Shown: positions 8,327 through 19,086 of the stretch, piece after piece
Layout: each line of letters begins with the position of its first letter
Numbering within the stretch: the first letter of the stretch is position 1
Assembly: GCA_043779265.1 (NCBI GenBank)
Contig: JAYWEM010000193.1
Span: forward strand, 1 to 31,492
Source of the DNA: a bacterium
Lineage (GTDB): Bacteria; Eisenbacteria; RBG-16-71-46
Direction of reading: 5' to 3'
DNA length: 31,492 nucleotides
Made by a program: the position numbers and the translations under genes
The notes under the pieces: model-generated
Seen by the model: only the letters and a program-made list of their open reading frames with translations
Databases searched by the model: none
Told to the model about the DNA's origin: nothing

Positions 8327-9738
8327 CGCGCGACTCTAGCGCAGTGTCGACTGACTCGGCATGGGGCGTTTCCACGCTCCTGCTCATGACCGACCTGTTG
8401 ATCCTCGCCGCCTGTTGGTTCGGCGCGCATGCACTCCGGTTCGAGATCACATCGTGGCCCGCTCCGCTCGGCGAGACGCCGCTCATCCGGAGGTGGTGGA
8501 CGCTCGCGGTCCTCCTGCCCGTCGCGACACTGGTGCTGGCCTCGTGTGGCCTCTACCGCCCCCGCCGCACCGTGACTCCGAGGCGCGAGGCGGGCGAGGC
8601 CATCCGAGGGGTGCTGCTGCTGACGATCGTGATGGCCGTGTGGTCGTATGCGTTGCGCTTGGACATCCCCCGCAGCGCGCTCGCTCTCTTCACGCTGATG
8701 GCCATGGCCGCGCTGGCCGGCATGCGTCTGGCTCTGGGCGCGCGGCGGCGTGCCCGCCGCCGTCGCGGCCTCGACCTGACTCCAGCGGTGATCGTCGGCG
8801 ACGGGCCGCTGGCGGCTCAACTGCTCGCTCGGATGCGCGGGGACGTCGGGCTCGGCATCGTGGCGCGCGGCGTCATCTCGACCGGACTCCGCACGCCCGT
8901 CGAAGGGGCGCATCCGATCGTGGGCCATGTGGATGCGCTCCAGGCGCTCGCGCCCGATGGACGGTCGGAGGTCGCCTACGTCGCGCTCGAGCGTGAGGAG
9001 TCCGCGCTCGAGCGGCGAGTGCTGGCCCGTCTCTCCGAGCTCTCGATCCCCGTGCGATGGGTGCCGGGCGCTCCCGGCCGCTGGCCGCGCGACGCGCAAA
9101 CCGAGGAACTTGGCGGCCTGCCGATCGTCTACTTGACCGAGAATCCGATGCGGGGGATCGAAGGGGCGATCAAGCGCTCGTTCGACGGCGTCGCCGCCGC
9201 CTTCGCCTTGCTGGTCGCATCCCCGCTCATGGCCCTCATCGCGGTGCTCATCCGCATCGACTCGCCCGGCGCTCCGCTGTACTCGCAGGAGCGCTTGAGT
9301 CTCGGCGGCCGCCGATTCCAGATGTGGAAGTTCCGGACGATGCGCATCGATGCCGAGGACTCGACCGGGCCCGTGTGGCCGCACGAAGGCGACACTCGCA
9401 TCACGCGTGTGGGCCGGTGGCTACGGCGTTGCTCGCTCGACGAACTGCCGCAGCTCTGGAACGTCGTGTGCAGCGAGATGAGCCTGGTGGGGCCTCGCCC
9501 CGAGCGGCCGGCCTTCGTCGAGCGCTTCGAGGAGCACGTTCCGCATTACCCGCTCCGGCTCGGCGTGCGTGCTGGCATCACAGGCTGGGCTCAGGTGCAT
9601 GGACTGCGGGGCGCGACACCGATCGATCGCCGGGTCGAGCACGACCTGTTCTATCTCGCCCACTGGTCGCTGGGGCTCGACCTGCGGATCCTCATGCTCA
9701 CGATGTGGCGACTGGCACGCGGGCTGAATCCGGGCTGA
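8317..9738 (+). CDS. Undecaprenyl-phosphate hexose-1-phosphate transferase (WcaJ/WbaP-like initiating phosphoglycosyltransferase)
   Basis: N-terminal TMs, AVIVGDG, KRSFD, KFRTM, DTRITRVGRWLRRCSLDELPQLWNV, MSLVGPRPE, GITGWAQVHG. Start uncertain: ATG 8317 (GGGGGGAG SD) or GTG 8344 / ATG 8386. Confidence 0.9.
   Translation: MRSSRDSSAVSTDSAWGVSTLLLMTDLLILAACWFGAHALRFEITSWPAPLGETPLIRRWWTLAVLLPVATLVLASCGLYRPRRTVTPRREAGEAIRGVLLLTIVMAVWSYALRLDIPRSALALFTLMAMAALAGMRLALGARRRARRRRGLDLTPAVIVGDGPLAAQLLARMRGDVGLGIVARGVISTGLRTPVEGAHPIVGHVDALQALAPDGRSEVAYVALEREESALERRVLARLSELSIPVRWVPGAPGRWPRDAQTEELGGLPIVYLTENPMRGIEGAIKRSFDGVAAAFALLVASPLMALIAVLIRIDSPGAPLYSQERLSLGGRRFQMWKFRTMRIDAEDSTGPVWPHEGDTRITRVGRWLRRCSLDELPQLWNVVCSEMSLVGPRPERPAFVERFEEHVPHYPLRLGVRAGITGWAQVHGLRGATPIDRRVEHDLFYLAHWSLGLDLRILMLTMWRLARGLNPG
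8331..8340 (-). promoter_or_regulatory. -10 element TAGAGT (in GCTAGAGTCG), 6 nt upstream of ATG 8326; putative leaderless promoter
   Basis: Minus strand reads gc-TAGAGT-cgcgcg-ATG; the identical 10-mer occurs at 15453-15462. Confidence 0.45.
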
Positions 9739-10888
9739 TCGCTGCAGCAGCGACGAGCGCATCACCGCCGGGCACGGCACGGACCGCGGCGAGGAAGGCG
9801 CGGTCGAACTGCTCGTGCGAGAACGGCGCGGCTGCGAGGCGCACGGTGTCGCTCTCGAAGGCACAGGACTCGAACGCACGGATCGCCGCGGCCAGCGCTG
9901 CTGCGCCCGAGTCCGCGAACAGGACCCCGCCCGCCACGGCCGAAAGCCGATGCTCGGCGAGGGCTCGCTCGGCATTCGCTCCCCGCTCCCGGCCCACGCT
10001 CTCGAGCGCCCCGCCCTGAGCGAGCGCGATCACCGGGCAGCCGGCCGCCATCGCCTCGATCGGGACCAGACCGAAGTCCTCGACGCCGGGGAAGAGCAGC
10101 GCGCGTGCGTTCGCATAGTGCCCGGGAACGTCCGACTCGGCAACGGCACCGAGGAATCGACAGTCCCGAGGGGCGATGCGCCGAAGCGAGCCGGCCAGCG
10201 GACCCTCGCCCGCCACGATCAACGGACGACCGAGTTGGGCGCAGGCCTCGATGGCGACGTGCGCGCGTTTTCCCGGAGTCAGCGCGCCGAGGACCAGATA
10301 GTGCTCACCTCCCGATCGAACGCCTGCGAACCGCGCAAGCGCGATGCCCGGATGCACGACCACCGCATCGCGGTTCCAGTGGCGGCGGACACGCTGCGCG
10401 ACGTGCTGTGAGATGGCGATGAGCGAGTGCGGCCCCTGCGCCGCGCGCCGGTCCCAGTCGCGGAATGCCGCGAGCAGCGGGCGCGCCACGAGCCTCGCGG
10501 GATGGGCGGTCAGGTACTCGTCCTCGAGATCCCAGGCGTAGCGTGCCGGGGAGTAGATGAGTGCGAGCTTCGTGGCGCGCGCGTCGGTACGGACGCCATG
10601 CGCCACGCAGTGACTCGATGCGATCACCGCATCGAAGCCCCGCAGGTCGAGCGACTCGATCGCGTGCGGGAAGAGCGGCAGCGCCAGCCGATAGTGCGAT
10701 CGAAGGCCCGGCACATGCTGCAGCCATGAAGTGCGTGGCTTGCGCGATTCGATGCTCTCGGGAACCGAGCCGCGAGCGTGGAAAAGCGTGAACAGATCGG
10801 CGCTCGGCCACAGCGACAGCAATCGTTCGAGCACGCGTTCGCCGCCCCGATGCCCGGTGAGCCAGTCGTGCACGATCGCGATGCGCAT
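9698..10888 (-). CDS. GT4 glycosyltransferase (WbaZ-like), 396 aa
   Basis: MRIAIVHDWLTGHRGGERVL, YSPARYAWD, EDFGLVPIEAMAAGCPVIA; TGATG overlap with the upstream ligase stop. Confidence 0.88.
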   Translation of the reverse strand: MRIAIVHDWLTGHRGGERVLERLLSLWPSADLFTLFHARGSVPESIESRKPRTSWLQHVPGLRSHYRLALPLFPHAIESLDLRGFDAVIASSHCVAHGVRTDARATKLALIYSPARYAWDLEDEYLTAHPARLVARPLLAAFRDWDRRAAQGPHSLIAISQHVAQRVRRHWNRDAVVVHPGIALARFAGVRSGGEHYLVLGALTPGKRAHVAIEACAQLGRPLIVAGEGPLAGSLRRIAPRDCRFLGAVAESDVPGHYANARALLFPGVEDFGLVPIEAMAAGCPVIALAQGGALESVGRERGANAERALAEHRLSAVAGGVLFADSGAAALAAAIRAFESCAFESDTVRLAAAPFSHEQFDRAFLAAVRAVPGGDALVAAAAISPDSARVPVATS

Positions 10889-12951
10889 CACCGGGCCCCC
10901 TCGACGAGGCCCCAGGCACGCCGCCGTTCCTCGATGCCCTGGCGTCCCGCCACAGGATCGACCCAGATGGCCGCTTCGCCGGTCACAAGCGCTCGGACTG
11001 CGCTGGAATCGCGCCCCATCGCATGCTCCACATCCGCATGATTGACCTGCACGGGTCCCGCCCATGGAGCGATGCGCACGGCCTCGGCGGCGGCCGACTG
11101 CGCGCGATCGACGTCCTCCAGCCGCAGCGCCGTCCGAGTGCGTTCGATCATCAGAAGCACGTCGGCCGGCGAAAGGGCATGCGCACGCGCGTAACACGAG
11201 TCCCAGACCGCACGCGCAGCCTCGTCACCCAGCTGCAGTCGGATCGCCGCGACACCAGCGAGACGCTGCCAATGCGCCGCACGCGAGGGAGCCAGCGAGA
11301 CCGCTTCGTGCAGTCGCCCTTCGGCCGAGTCGACCAGTGCGCGCGGCTCGCTCGAAGCGATCGCCTCGCGGATCAGCGCCTCGGCATGGCGCCTCCTGGC
11401 CTCATCGTCCAGCGGCGCCCATCTCGCCGCCCTCGCTGTCTGGGCCGCTGCGAGACGACGATAGGCCAGACGCTCGACGTCGTTGCGAGCCAGTGACTCG
11501 CTGGCCGCGATCTCCAGCGACCGGCGATGGGCATGTCCGCTGACCAACGTCGAGAGGCTCAGCGCGAAGATCGAGACGGCAGCGGCCGACAGGGCGGCCC
11601 TCATCGCGAGTGCGGGACGTTCGCCCGGCGACACCTCCGCCTCGTCCTCGAGCGCCGAGTAGGCGCCGAGCACGCAGGCCATGAACGCCATCGCCGCGAT
11701 GCCGACGGCGCCGAACACGCCGCAGCCCAGCAGGCCGGCGAGTGCGGCGAGCGTGGCGGCCGCTGGCTCGTCCGCCTGCCGCGTCGAGCGAAGTCGCCGA
11801 TGCAGAACTCGGAGCAGCAGCACCGCCACGATCACCGCAGCGAGTACCCCCAAGGCGCCTCGCGTGGCCAGTGCGTGCAGCCACACGTCATGGGCGTGGA
11901 CCGGCAGACCGCCCCACTCGGTCCGCCAGTACTCCATCGTCTGGTGGGCCGGGAAGACGAGTCGGAAGGCATCGGGTCCACTGCCGAGCCATGGCCGCGC
12001 GAGGAATGCATCCCAAGCGGCTCGCCAGATCTCGAGGCGACTGCTCCCGCTGCCGCCGAGCAACGTCGTCGCGCGAGTGCCGAGCAGCGTGCCGAACGGA
12101 CCCGTCACCAGCCAGCCCACGACCGCGAGCACGGCGGTTCCGGCCAGCAGCAGCGGCCACCGCGGTCGACGCTGGCGCGCTTCGCCGGAACCGAGTGGCT
12201 CGCCTCGTGCGAACCAGACCAGTGCGAACGCCGCGCCCACCGCGAACGCCGTGCCGAGCCACGCCCCGCGCGAGACCGTGAGCAGCGACGTGATGACGCA
12301 CAAGAGCAACAGCGGCGCCGACCACCACCTCTGTTCGGGCTCACGAAGCGTGCGCACGGCAGCGAGCCCCGCCGCCGCCGACATCACCACGCCGAGGACA
12401 TTCGCATGGCCGGACGTGCCGAACGGTCGCACGAAGTCGCCGGCGAGCGACAGGCGCCCCCACCGGAAGGGGTCGAGCAACGCCGCCTGCAGCAGCGCGT
12501 AGATGGCACTCACCGCCGCGGCGGCGAGGAACATGTTCTGGATGCGGCCGACATCGGCGGCCCTGCGAGAAGACAGTCGCGCGGCGAGGTAGAGCCCCGC
12601 CAGACCCAGCGAAGTCAGCAGGCCCTCCTGCTGCTCCACCTCGCCGACCAGACTGAGCGAGGGAGATGCGCCGAGCGCCGTCGAGAGCACCTCGGTCGCG
12701 AGCCAGGCGATCGCGGCCATGTCGAGCCGCGTCATCCGCCCCGGAGGACGCGCGAAAGCGGCGAGCAGGATCGACGCGGCCCCGACGAGCCGCACCAGCG
12801 CCGCCTTGGGGAACTCGAAACCCTCGGGCATCCCTGGAGCGAACAGCAGGATCGCCAGCGCGGGTGTCGCGCTGGCGATCCAGATCTTCGCGTCGAAGGG
12901 CGCCGATCGCGACACCGCGGCGCGGCTCCGCGCGACTCGCCTCGAGCTCAC
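10888..12951 (-). CDS. O-antigen ligase / O-oligosaccharyltransferase-like (Wzy_C) membrane protein with C-terminal TPR-like helical region, 687 aa
   Basis: FEFPK, RPFGTSGHANVLG, TVSRGAWLG, SRLEIW..AW..FLARPWLGSGP, HAHDVWLH; TPR-like AARWAP/AVSLAP/AHALSP/AVRIAP repeats; GTG 12951 overlaps the upstream TGA (GTGA). Confidence 0.82.
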   Translation of the reverse strand: MSSRRVARSRAAVSRSAPFDAKIWIASATPALAILLFAPGMPEGFEFPKAALVRLVGAASILLAAFARPPGRMTRLDMAAIAWLATEVLSTALGASPSLSLVGEVEQQEGLLTSLGLAGLYLAARLSSRRAADVGRIQNMFLAAAAVSAIYALLQAALLDPFRWGRLSLAGDFVRPFGTSGHANVLGVVMSAAAGLAAVRTLREPEQRWWSAPLLLLCVITSLLTVSRGAWLGTAFAVGAAFALVWFARGEPLGSGEARQRRPRWPLLLAGTAVLAVVGWLVTGPFGTLLGTRATTLLGGSGSSRLEIWRAAWDAFLARPWLGSGPDAFRLVFPAHQTMEYWRTEWGGLPVHAHDVWLHALATRGALGVLAAVIVAVLLLRVLHRRLRSTRQADEPAAATLAALAGLLGCGVFGAVGIAAMAFMACVLGAYSALEDEAEVSPGERPALAMRAALSAAAVSIFALSLSTLVSGHAHRRSLEIAASESLARNDVERLAYRRLAAAQTARAARWAPLDDEARRRHAEALIREAIASSEPRALVDSAEGRLHEAVSLAPSRAAHWQRLAGVAAIRLQLGDEAARAVWDSCYARAHALSPADVLLMIERTRTALRLEDVDRAQSAAAEAVRIAPWAGPVQVNHADVEHAMGRDSSAVRALVTGEAAIWVDPVAGRQGIEERRRAWGLVEGAR

Positions 12952-15398
12952 CGCATCAGTACGACACGCTCGACCGCCGTCTCGGTGCGGCCACGGACCA
13001 CCCGCACGAAGTAGATCCCAGCCGGCACCGCCTGTCCCTTGGCATCGAGTCCGTCCCACGTCCAGCGACCGGCCCGCTCGCCGCTGCGCTGGATCTGGTG
13101 CCGGATCTGGCGGCCGCTCACATCGACGATGCGAACCTCGGCCGCACCCTCACCCGTCCACGTCACCTCGAGCGATCCACGCATTGGATTGGGCGAGAGC
13201 CGCAGAGTCAGCGCAGGAATGGAGAGCGGCGGATCGACCGACGTGGCAGCCGGCAGTTGCCGGCCGATCAAGCGGAAGCCGAGATCCTGTCCCACCGGTT
13301 CCCAGGGTGCCGGCACGGGGCCGCGGGGCGCGCGGTAGAGCCCCGCCGTCGGCGTGAGGACACCCGCGCCGAAACTCCAATCCGCATCGCACTCGACGAG
13401 CAGGCCGTACTCGCGCCCCGGCTCGAGCGTCTGTCCCGGCACGAGCGGAGCCGAAGCACGCCACACCGGTGCGCGCGGGGCGCGCCCCTGCGAATCCGTG
13501 TGGAACACGTCCGCGAACGCACCGGGCGGCGGCGGCCCCTGCGGCGGGTGCCCCGTCAGGTCGACGATCGCGACGCGAGCGGGAGCGAGTGGGGACTGGC
13601 CGGGCGGCAAGGCGAGCTCGATCCACTGCGGCTCGCATCTTGCTGGCACTTGGAAGCGCTGGACCGCGGTGTAGGTAGGCGAGACGACTGCGGTCTCATC
13701 GCCCATCGGGATCAGGTTGGCGCAGACGCGGTGGAGCTCGGGTGCGACGCCGGAGGGTGAGCGGAGCGAGACCGCCAGGCGCGGATTCGTGCCTGCAAGG
13801 GGCAGCTGGATGCCGTACTCATTGTGGGCGGTGCCCGTGAGATGCCCTGCGATCAGCGCCGCATCCGGATCGTACGTCGGCCACACGATGGGCGCGCCGA
13901 CACTGGATTCGAGGAACATGGCGGTGATCGTCACCACGCCGGGCAACCCGGCCAGGCGATCCGTCACGATCAACCGATCGGTCGTCACCGTGCGACGCGT
14001 CACTTGCCCGAACGGGACTTCACTCGGCAGTGGCTCCGCGTAGTCATCGACCAGACGATAGGGCGAGTAGTCCGAGATCACGGTGCTCGTCGCCCCACGA
14101 GGTCCACCGATTCTCAGGCTGAGATTGGCGGTGTACGTCACTCCACCCCCCGGCTCGAGTGGCGTGGCACGCGCCATCGGCAGTGAGAACTCATCGATCT
14201 CGCCGACGTCGGGCAGTCGTTGCTCGAACACGCGCGCGTCGATGGCCGCCATCGCAGTCGGCGTGGCGACTCGATGCAGCTGGGATCCAGGCGCCTCGGC
14301 GAGCGGCGGCGAGAGCGACTGCGGCACACCGATGACGCGAATCCCGAGCTTGCCGGGAACCGGCACCCAACCCAAGCCCTGCGTGCTCCGGAGCCACAGC
14401 TGGCCTAGCGCGGTCGAGGGCGACGGGTCGTAGCCGAGCTCGAGCTCCTCGTTGGTCGGAATGGAGACCGCGTACATCCGGCCCCCATGCAGGTACGCCG
14501 TCGAACTGATGGCCCTCGCGCTCGCGACGAAGGCGGGCAGTCGTTCGGCGGGACGCTCCACAGACAGATCAGCAGTGAGGGTCACGGAGATGGGCCCGAA
14601 GTTGGGATCGAACTGGGCACCGACTTCGCCGACATCGAGATGCGCCGTCCACGTGACCCCGAATCCGCGATGGACCGCCAGCTCGACCCAGCTCGCCGTG
14701 ATCGTCACGCCCATCGGGAAGGTCTGGATCACCGCATCGAATCCGGCGAGCGGCAGCGGCTCGCTGGCGCGGATCGCCTGGAACCCCACCCAATCCGAAG
14801 TCGCAGTCGGAACCGTGATCCACTGACCCGAGAGACGCGGGTTGGGACCCGGAGCGGGGAACCACGCACCCGGCATCGAGAGATGAAGCGGCAGCCCGTG
14901 GCCCTGCTCCTGAGCCGAGAAGTAGGGAGCTGCTGTGGCCGAGATGGGAACCTTCACAGCGAAGGCAAGCGCGCCATCGAGAATGTCGTCCCCAGCGCCC
15001 TCGACCATCCAGCGGACGAGCGGACGTTCCAGGTCGTGAGTGCGGATCGGGCCCGACGCCGTGAACGTGCGCGGGGACCGAAAGTCGAGCGGATAGCCCA
15101 TCGTGAGTCCCTGCCCGTCATACAGTGCGAAACTCGACTCGAACGGCTCAGAGCCGGGATCGACGAAGTAGGTGGCTCCGATGACGGCGGTGCAGCTCGC
15201 GCCTCGCTGCACGGCGACGATCGACTCGCCAACGCCGATCGGGGGCAACGGCTGGACCGGCGGAACCTCAGTGCACGTGACGGACTGGGCACGCGCGGCG
15301 GCGGCGCGGCGCGCGGGGCCGTCGCTCTGGGCGCGAGCAACCAGCACCATCAGGCACAACACGACGGCGGTGGGGATCACCCGGAGCAACGTGCGCAT
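12948..15398 (-). CDS. Secreted protein of unknown function with internal two-fold repeat and C-terminal FlgD-Ig/T9SS-type-A-like domain, 816 aa
   Basis: Signal peptide MRTLLRVIPTAVVLCLMVLVARA with GAGG SD; CTD SPNPM...DVSGRQIR...WDGLDAKGQAVPAGIYFVR. Confidence 0.75.
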   Translation of the reverse strand: MRTLLRVIPTAVVLCLMVLVARAQSDGPARRAAAARAQSVTCTEVPPVQPLPPIGVGESIVAVQRGASCTAVIGATYFVDPGSEPFESSFALYDGQGLTMGYPLDFRSPRTFTASGPIRTHDLERPLVRWMVEGAGDDILDGALAFAVKVPISATAAPYFSAQEQGHGLPLHLSMPGAWFPAPGPNPRLSGQWITVPTATSDWVGFQAIRASEPLPLAGFDAVIQTFPMGVTITASWVELAVHRGFGVTWTAHLDVGEVGAQFDPNFGPISVTLTADLSVERPAERLPAFVASARAISSTAYLHGGRMYAVSIPTNEELELGYDPSPSTALGQLWLRSTQGLGWVPVPGKLGIRVIGVPQSLSPPLAEAPGSQLHRVATPTAMAAIDARVFEQRLPDVGEIDEFSLPMARATPLEPGGGVTYTANLSLRIGGPRGATSTVISDYSPYRLVDDYAEPLPSEVPFGQVTRRTVTTDRLIVTDRLAGLPGVVTITAMFLESSVGAPIVWPTYDPDAALIAGHLTGTAHNEYGIQLPLAGTNPRLAVSLRSPSGVAPELHRVCANLIPMGDETAVVSPTYTAVQRFQVPARCEPQWIELALPPGQSPLAPARVAIVDLTGHPPQGPPPPGAFADVFHTDSQGRAPRAPVWRASAPLVPGQTLEPGREYGLLVECDADWSFGAGVLTPTAGLYRAPRGPVPAPWEPVGQDLGFRLIGRQLPAATSVDPPLSIPALTLRLSPNPMRGSLEVTWTGEGAAEVRIVDVSGRQIRHQIQRSGERAGRWTWDGLDAKGQAVPAGIYFVRVVRGRTETAVERVVLMR

Positions 15399-15454
15399 GG
15401 CGGCCTCGATGGTGGAGCCGAGCGCTCGCGGAGAGCGGGCGATGCGGCACCTCG

Positions 15455-15483
15455 ACTCTAGCCGCTCGGGAGGGGCCCGGGAA
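15455..15483 (-). promoter_or_regulatory. Putative sigma70-type promoter TTCCCG-N17-TAGAGT for the CTD protein/ligase/GT4 operon
   Basis: Minus strand -35 at 15478-15483, -10 at 15455-15460, 17-nt spacer; same -10 context as 8331-8340. Confidence 0.4.
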
Positions 15484-15601
15484 GAAGCAAAATGCCCTTC
15501 GGGCCCGCCCACGCCGACTCGCGCGGCAGATTCCACGACTCTGGGGTAGGGTGCCGGGCCCACCGCCACGCCCCTCCCCCCCGCTGGAGATCACCTCGCA
15601 C

Positions 15602-17398
<1,797 letters not shown>

Positions 17399-17407
17399 GC
17401 GAGCGGC

Positions 17408-18982
17408 CTACCAATCGGTCTGCTGGTAGTCCTTCAGGAACTGGCCCGCGATGTGCACGCCGGTGTTGAACCCGACGATGATCGGATCGACGATGCGCGC
17501 CGCGCCGTCGACGATGTCGAGCGGCGGGTGGAAACGATGCTCGATCACCTTGCGCGCCGCGATGTCGTAGGGGTCCTCATCGGTCACCCACCCGGTGTCC
17601 ACACTGTTCATGTGGATACCGTCCTGCAGGTAGTCGGTGGCCGCGGTGCGCGTCATCATGTTGAGCGCTGCCTTCGCCATGTTGGTGTGCGGGTGACGCG
17701 TCGTCTTGGCGATGCGGTAGAACTGCCCCTCCACTGCCGACACGTTCACGATGTGTTTGTCGCGCTCGGGCGACTGGAGCATCAAAGGCTTGAGACGCGC
17801 GTTCAGCACGTAGGGCGCGATCGCATTGACCAGCTGCACTTCGAGCAACTCCACGGTCGAGACCTCGGCCATCAGCAGCCGCCACGAGTTGCGACCGCGC
17901 AGGTCGATCTGCTGCAGGTCCTGGTCGAGCCGTCCCTCCGGGAACAGTCCCTTCTGCGCCTGCTGCTCCTCGGGCAGGAGTCGCACCTGCGAGAGTTCGG
18001 CTGCGTGAGTCAGGCCGGCGGTCTGCGCGATGTGCGGCGCGATCGTCTCGGGCAGCGACGTGTCCTCGGCGGCCGGCAGCAGATTGGCGCCGCGCAGCCC
18101 CTCGTAGGCGCCGAGCAGTCGGCGCACGTTCTCAGGCGCGCCATCGAGGGCCGCGGTCTCCGAGGCCATCATGTGCGCGTAGAACTCGGGCGGGCGACGG
18201 ACCGTCTGGCACGCGTTGTTGACGATGAAGTCGAGTCGATCGCGCGTCGCGTTCAAGTGCGCGCAGAACGCCTCGACGCTCGGCGTGTGGCGCAGATCGA
18301 GTCCGAAGATCTCGAGCCGATGGCCCCACTGCTCGAAGTCGGGCTCACTCGCATAGCGCGCCGCCGAGTCGCGCGGGAAGCGCGTGGTCACGATCAGGTG
18401 CGCGCCGCAGCGCAGCAGCTTGAGGCCCGCCTGATAGCCGATCTTGACGCGGCCGCCCGTCAGCAGTGCGACGCGCCCCGAGAGATCGGCCAGTTCGGAG
18501 CGCTTGGCGAAGTTGAACTCGGCGCACGCCGGGCACATCTGATCGTAGAAGTGGTGCAGAAGCGTGAACGACTGCTTGCAGACGTAGCAGTGCTGCGGAT
18601 CGACCGCTTCGCGGTACTCGGGCGGCGCGATCACGTCCTGCGGCAGGAATCCCGCCGGCGGGAACACGTTGGGCGTGGTGAACACCGCCTGGCGCCGCAA
18701 CGACCGGATGCCCGTCTGATGCAGCATCGAGTCATCGCGCACCGCGCGACTCTCTTTGCGCAGCCGCACGCGCGCCTTGGACATGCGGCGGCGCGCCCTC
18801 GCATCGGGGCTGTAGAGCTGGCCGGCCGCGGTGATCAGCCGCCTGCGGTCCTCGGGCGAGAGGTGCGCCAGCATGGCGCCATCGCTCGAGGCCCGTTCGA
18901 GCAGTTCGGTGAGCTCGCGCAGGCGCTCGACGACCGCTTTGCCGCGAACGGCATCGTGGGAAGCAGGGTCGGTGGTGGACAT
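17408..18982 (-). CDS. Atypical SDR-family oxidoreductase with N-terminal CxxC...CxxC zinc finger, 524 aa
   Basis: CYVCK...[57 protein letters not shown]. Possible -10 TAATCT 10 nt before the ATG; no SD. Confidence 0.85.
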   Translation of the reverse strand: MSTTDPASHDAVRGKAVVERLRELTELLERASSDGAMLAHLSPEDRRRLITAAGQLYSPDARARRRMSKARVRLRKESRAVRDDSMLHQTGIRSLRRQAVFTTPNVFPPAGFLPQDVIAPPEYREAVDPQHCYVCKQSFTLLHHFYDQMCPACAEFNFAKRSELADLSGRVALLTGGRVKIGYQAGLKLLRCGAHLIVTTRFPRDSAARYASEPDFEQWGHRLEIFGLDLRHTPSVEAFCAHLNATRDRLDFIVNNACQTVRRPPEFYAHMMASETAALDGAPENVRRLLGAYEGLRGANLLPAAEDTSLPETIAPHIAQTAGLTHAAELSQVRLLPEEQQAQKGLFPEGRLDQDLQQIDLRGRNSWRLLMAEVSTVELLEVQLVNAIAPYVLNARLKPLMLQSPERDKHIVNVSAVEGQFYRIAKTTRHPHTNMAKAALNMMTRTAATDYLQDGIHMNSVDTGWVTDEDPYDIAARKVIEHRFHPPLDIVDGAARIVDPIIVGFNTGVHIAGQFLKDYQQTDW

Positions 18983-19086
18983 AAGGTGGGAGAGATTACG
19001 GGCCCGCGGCTCCCGGACGCCAGTGAAGCCGGGGTCAAACACGAGCGGCCGACTCACTCCCGCCGCCTGCGTCGCCTTCCCCCCCC

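Noticed and set aside
19016..19022. Third GACGCCA as another ECF promoter copy
   Set aside because: The box 15 nt upstream is ATTACG, not TGTCCG, and it faces antisense to the local genes.
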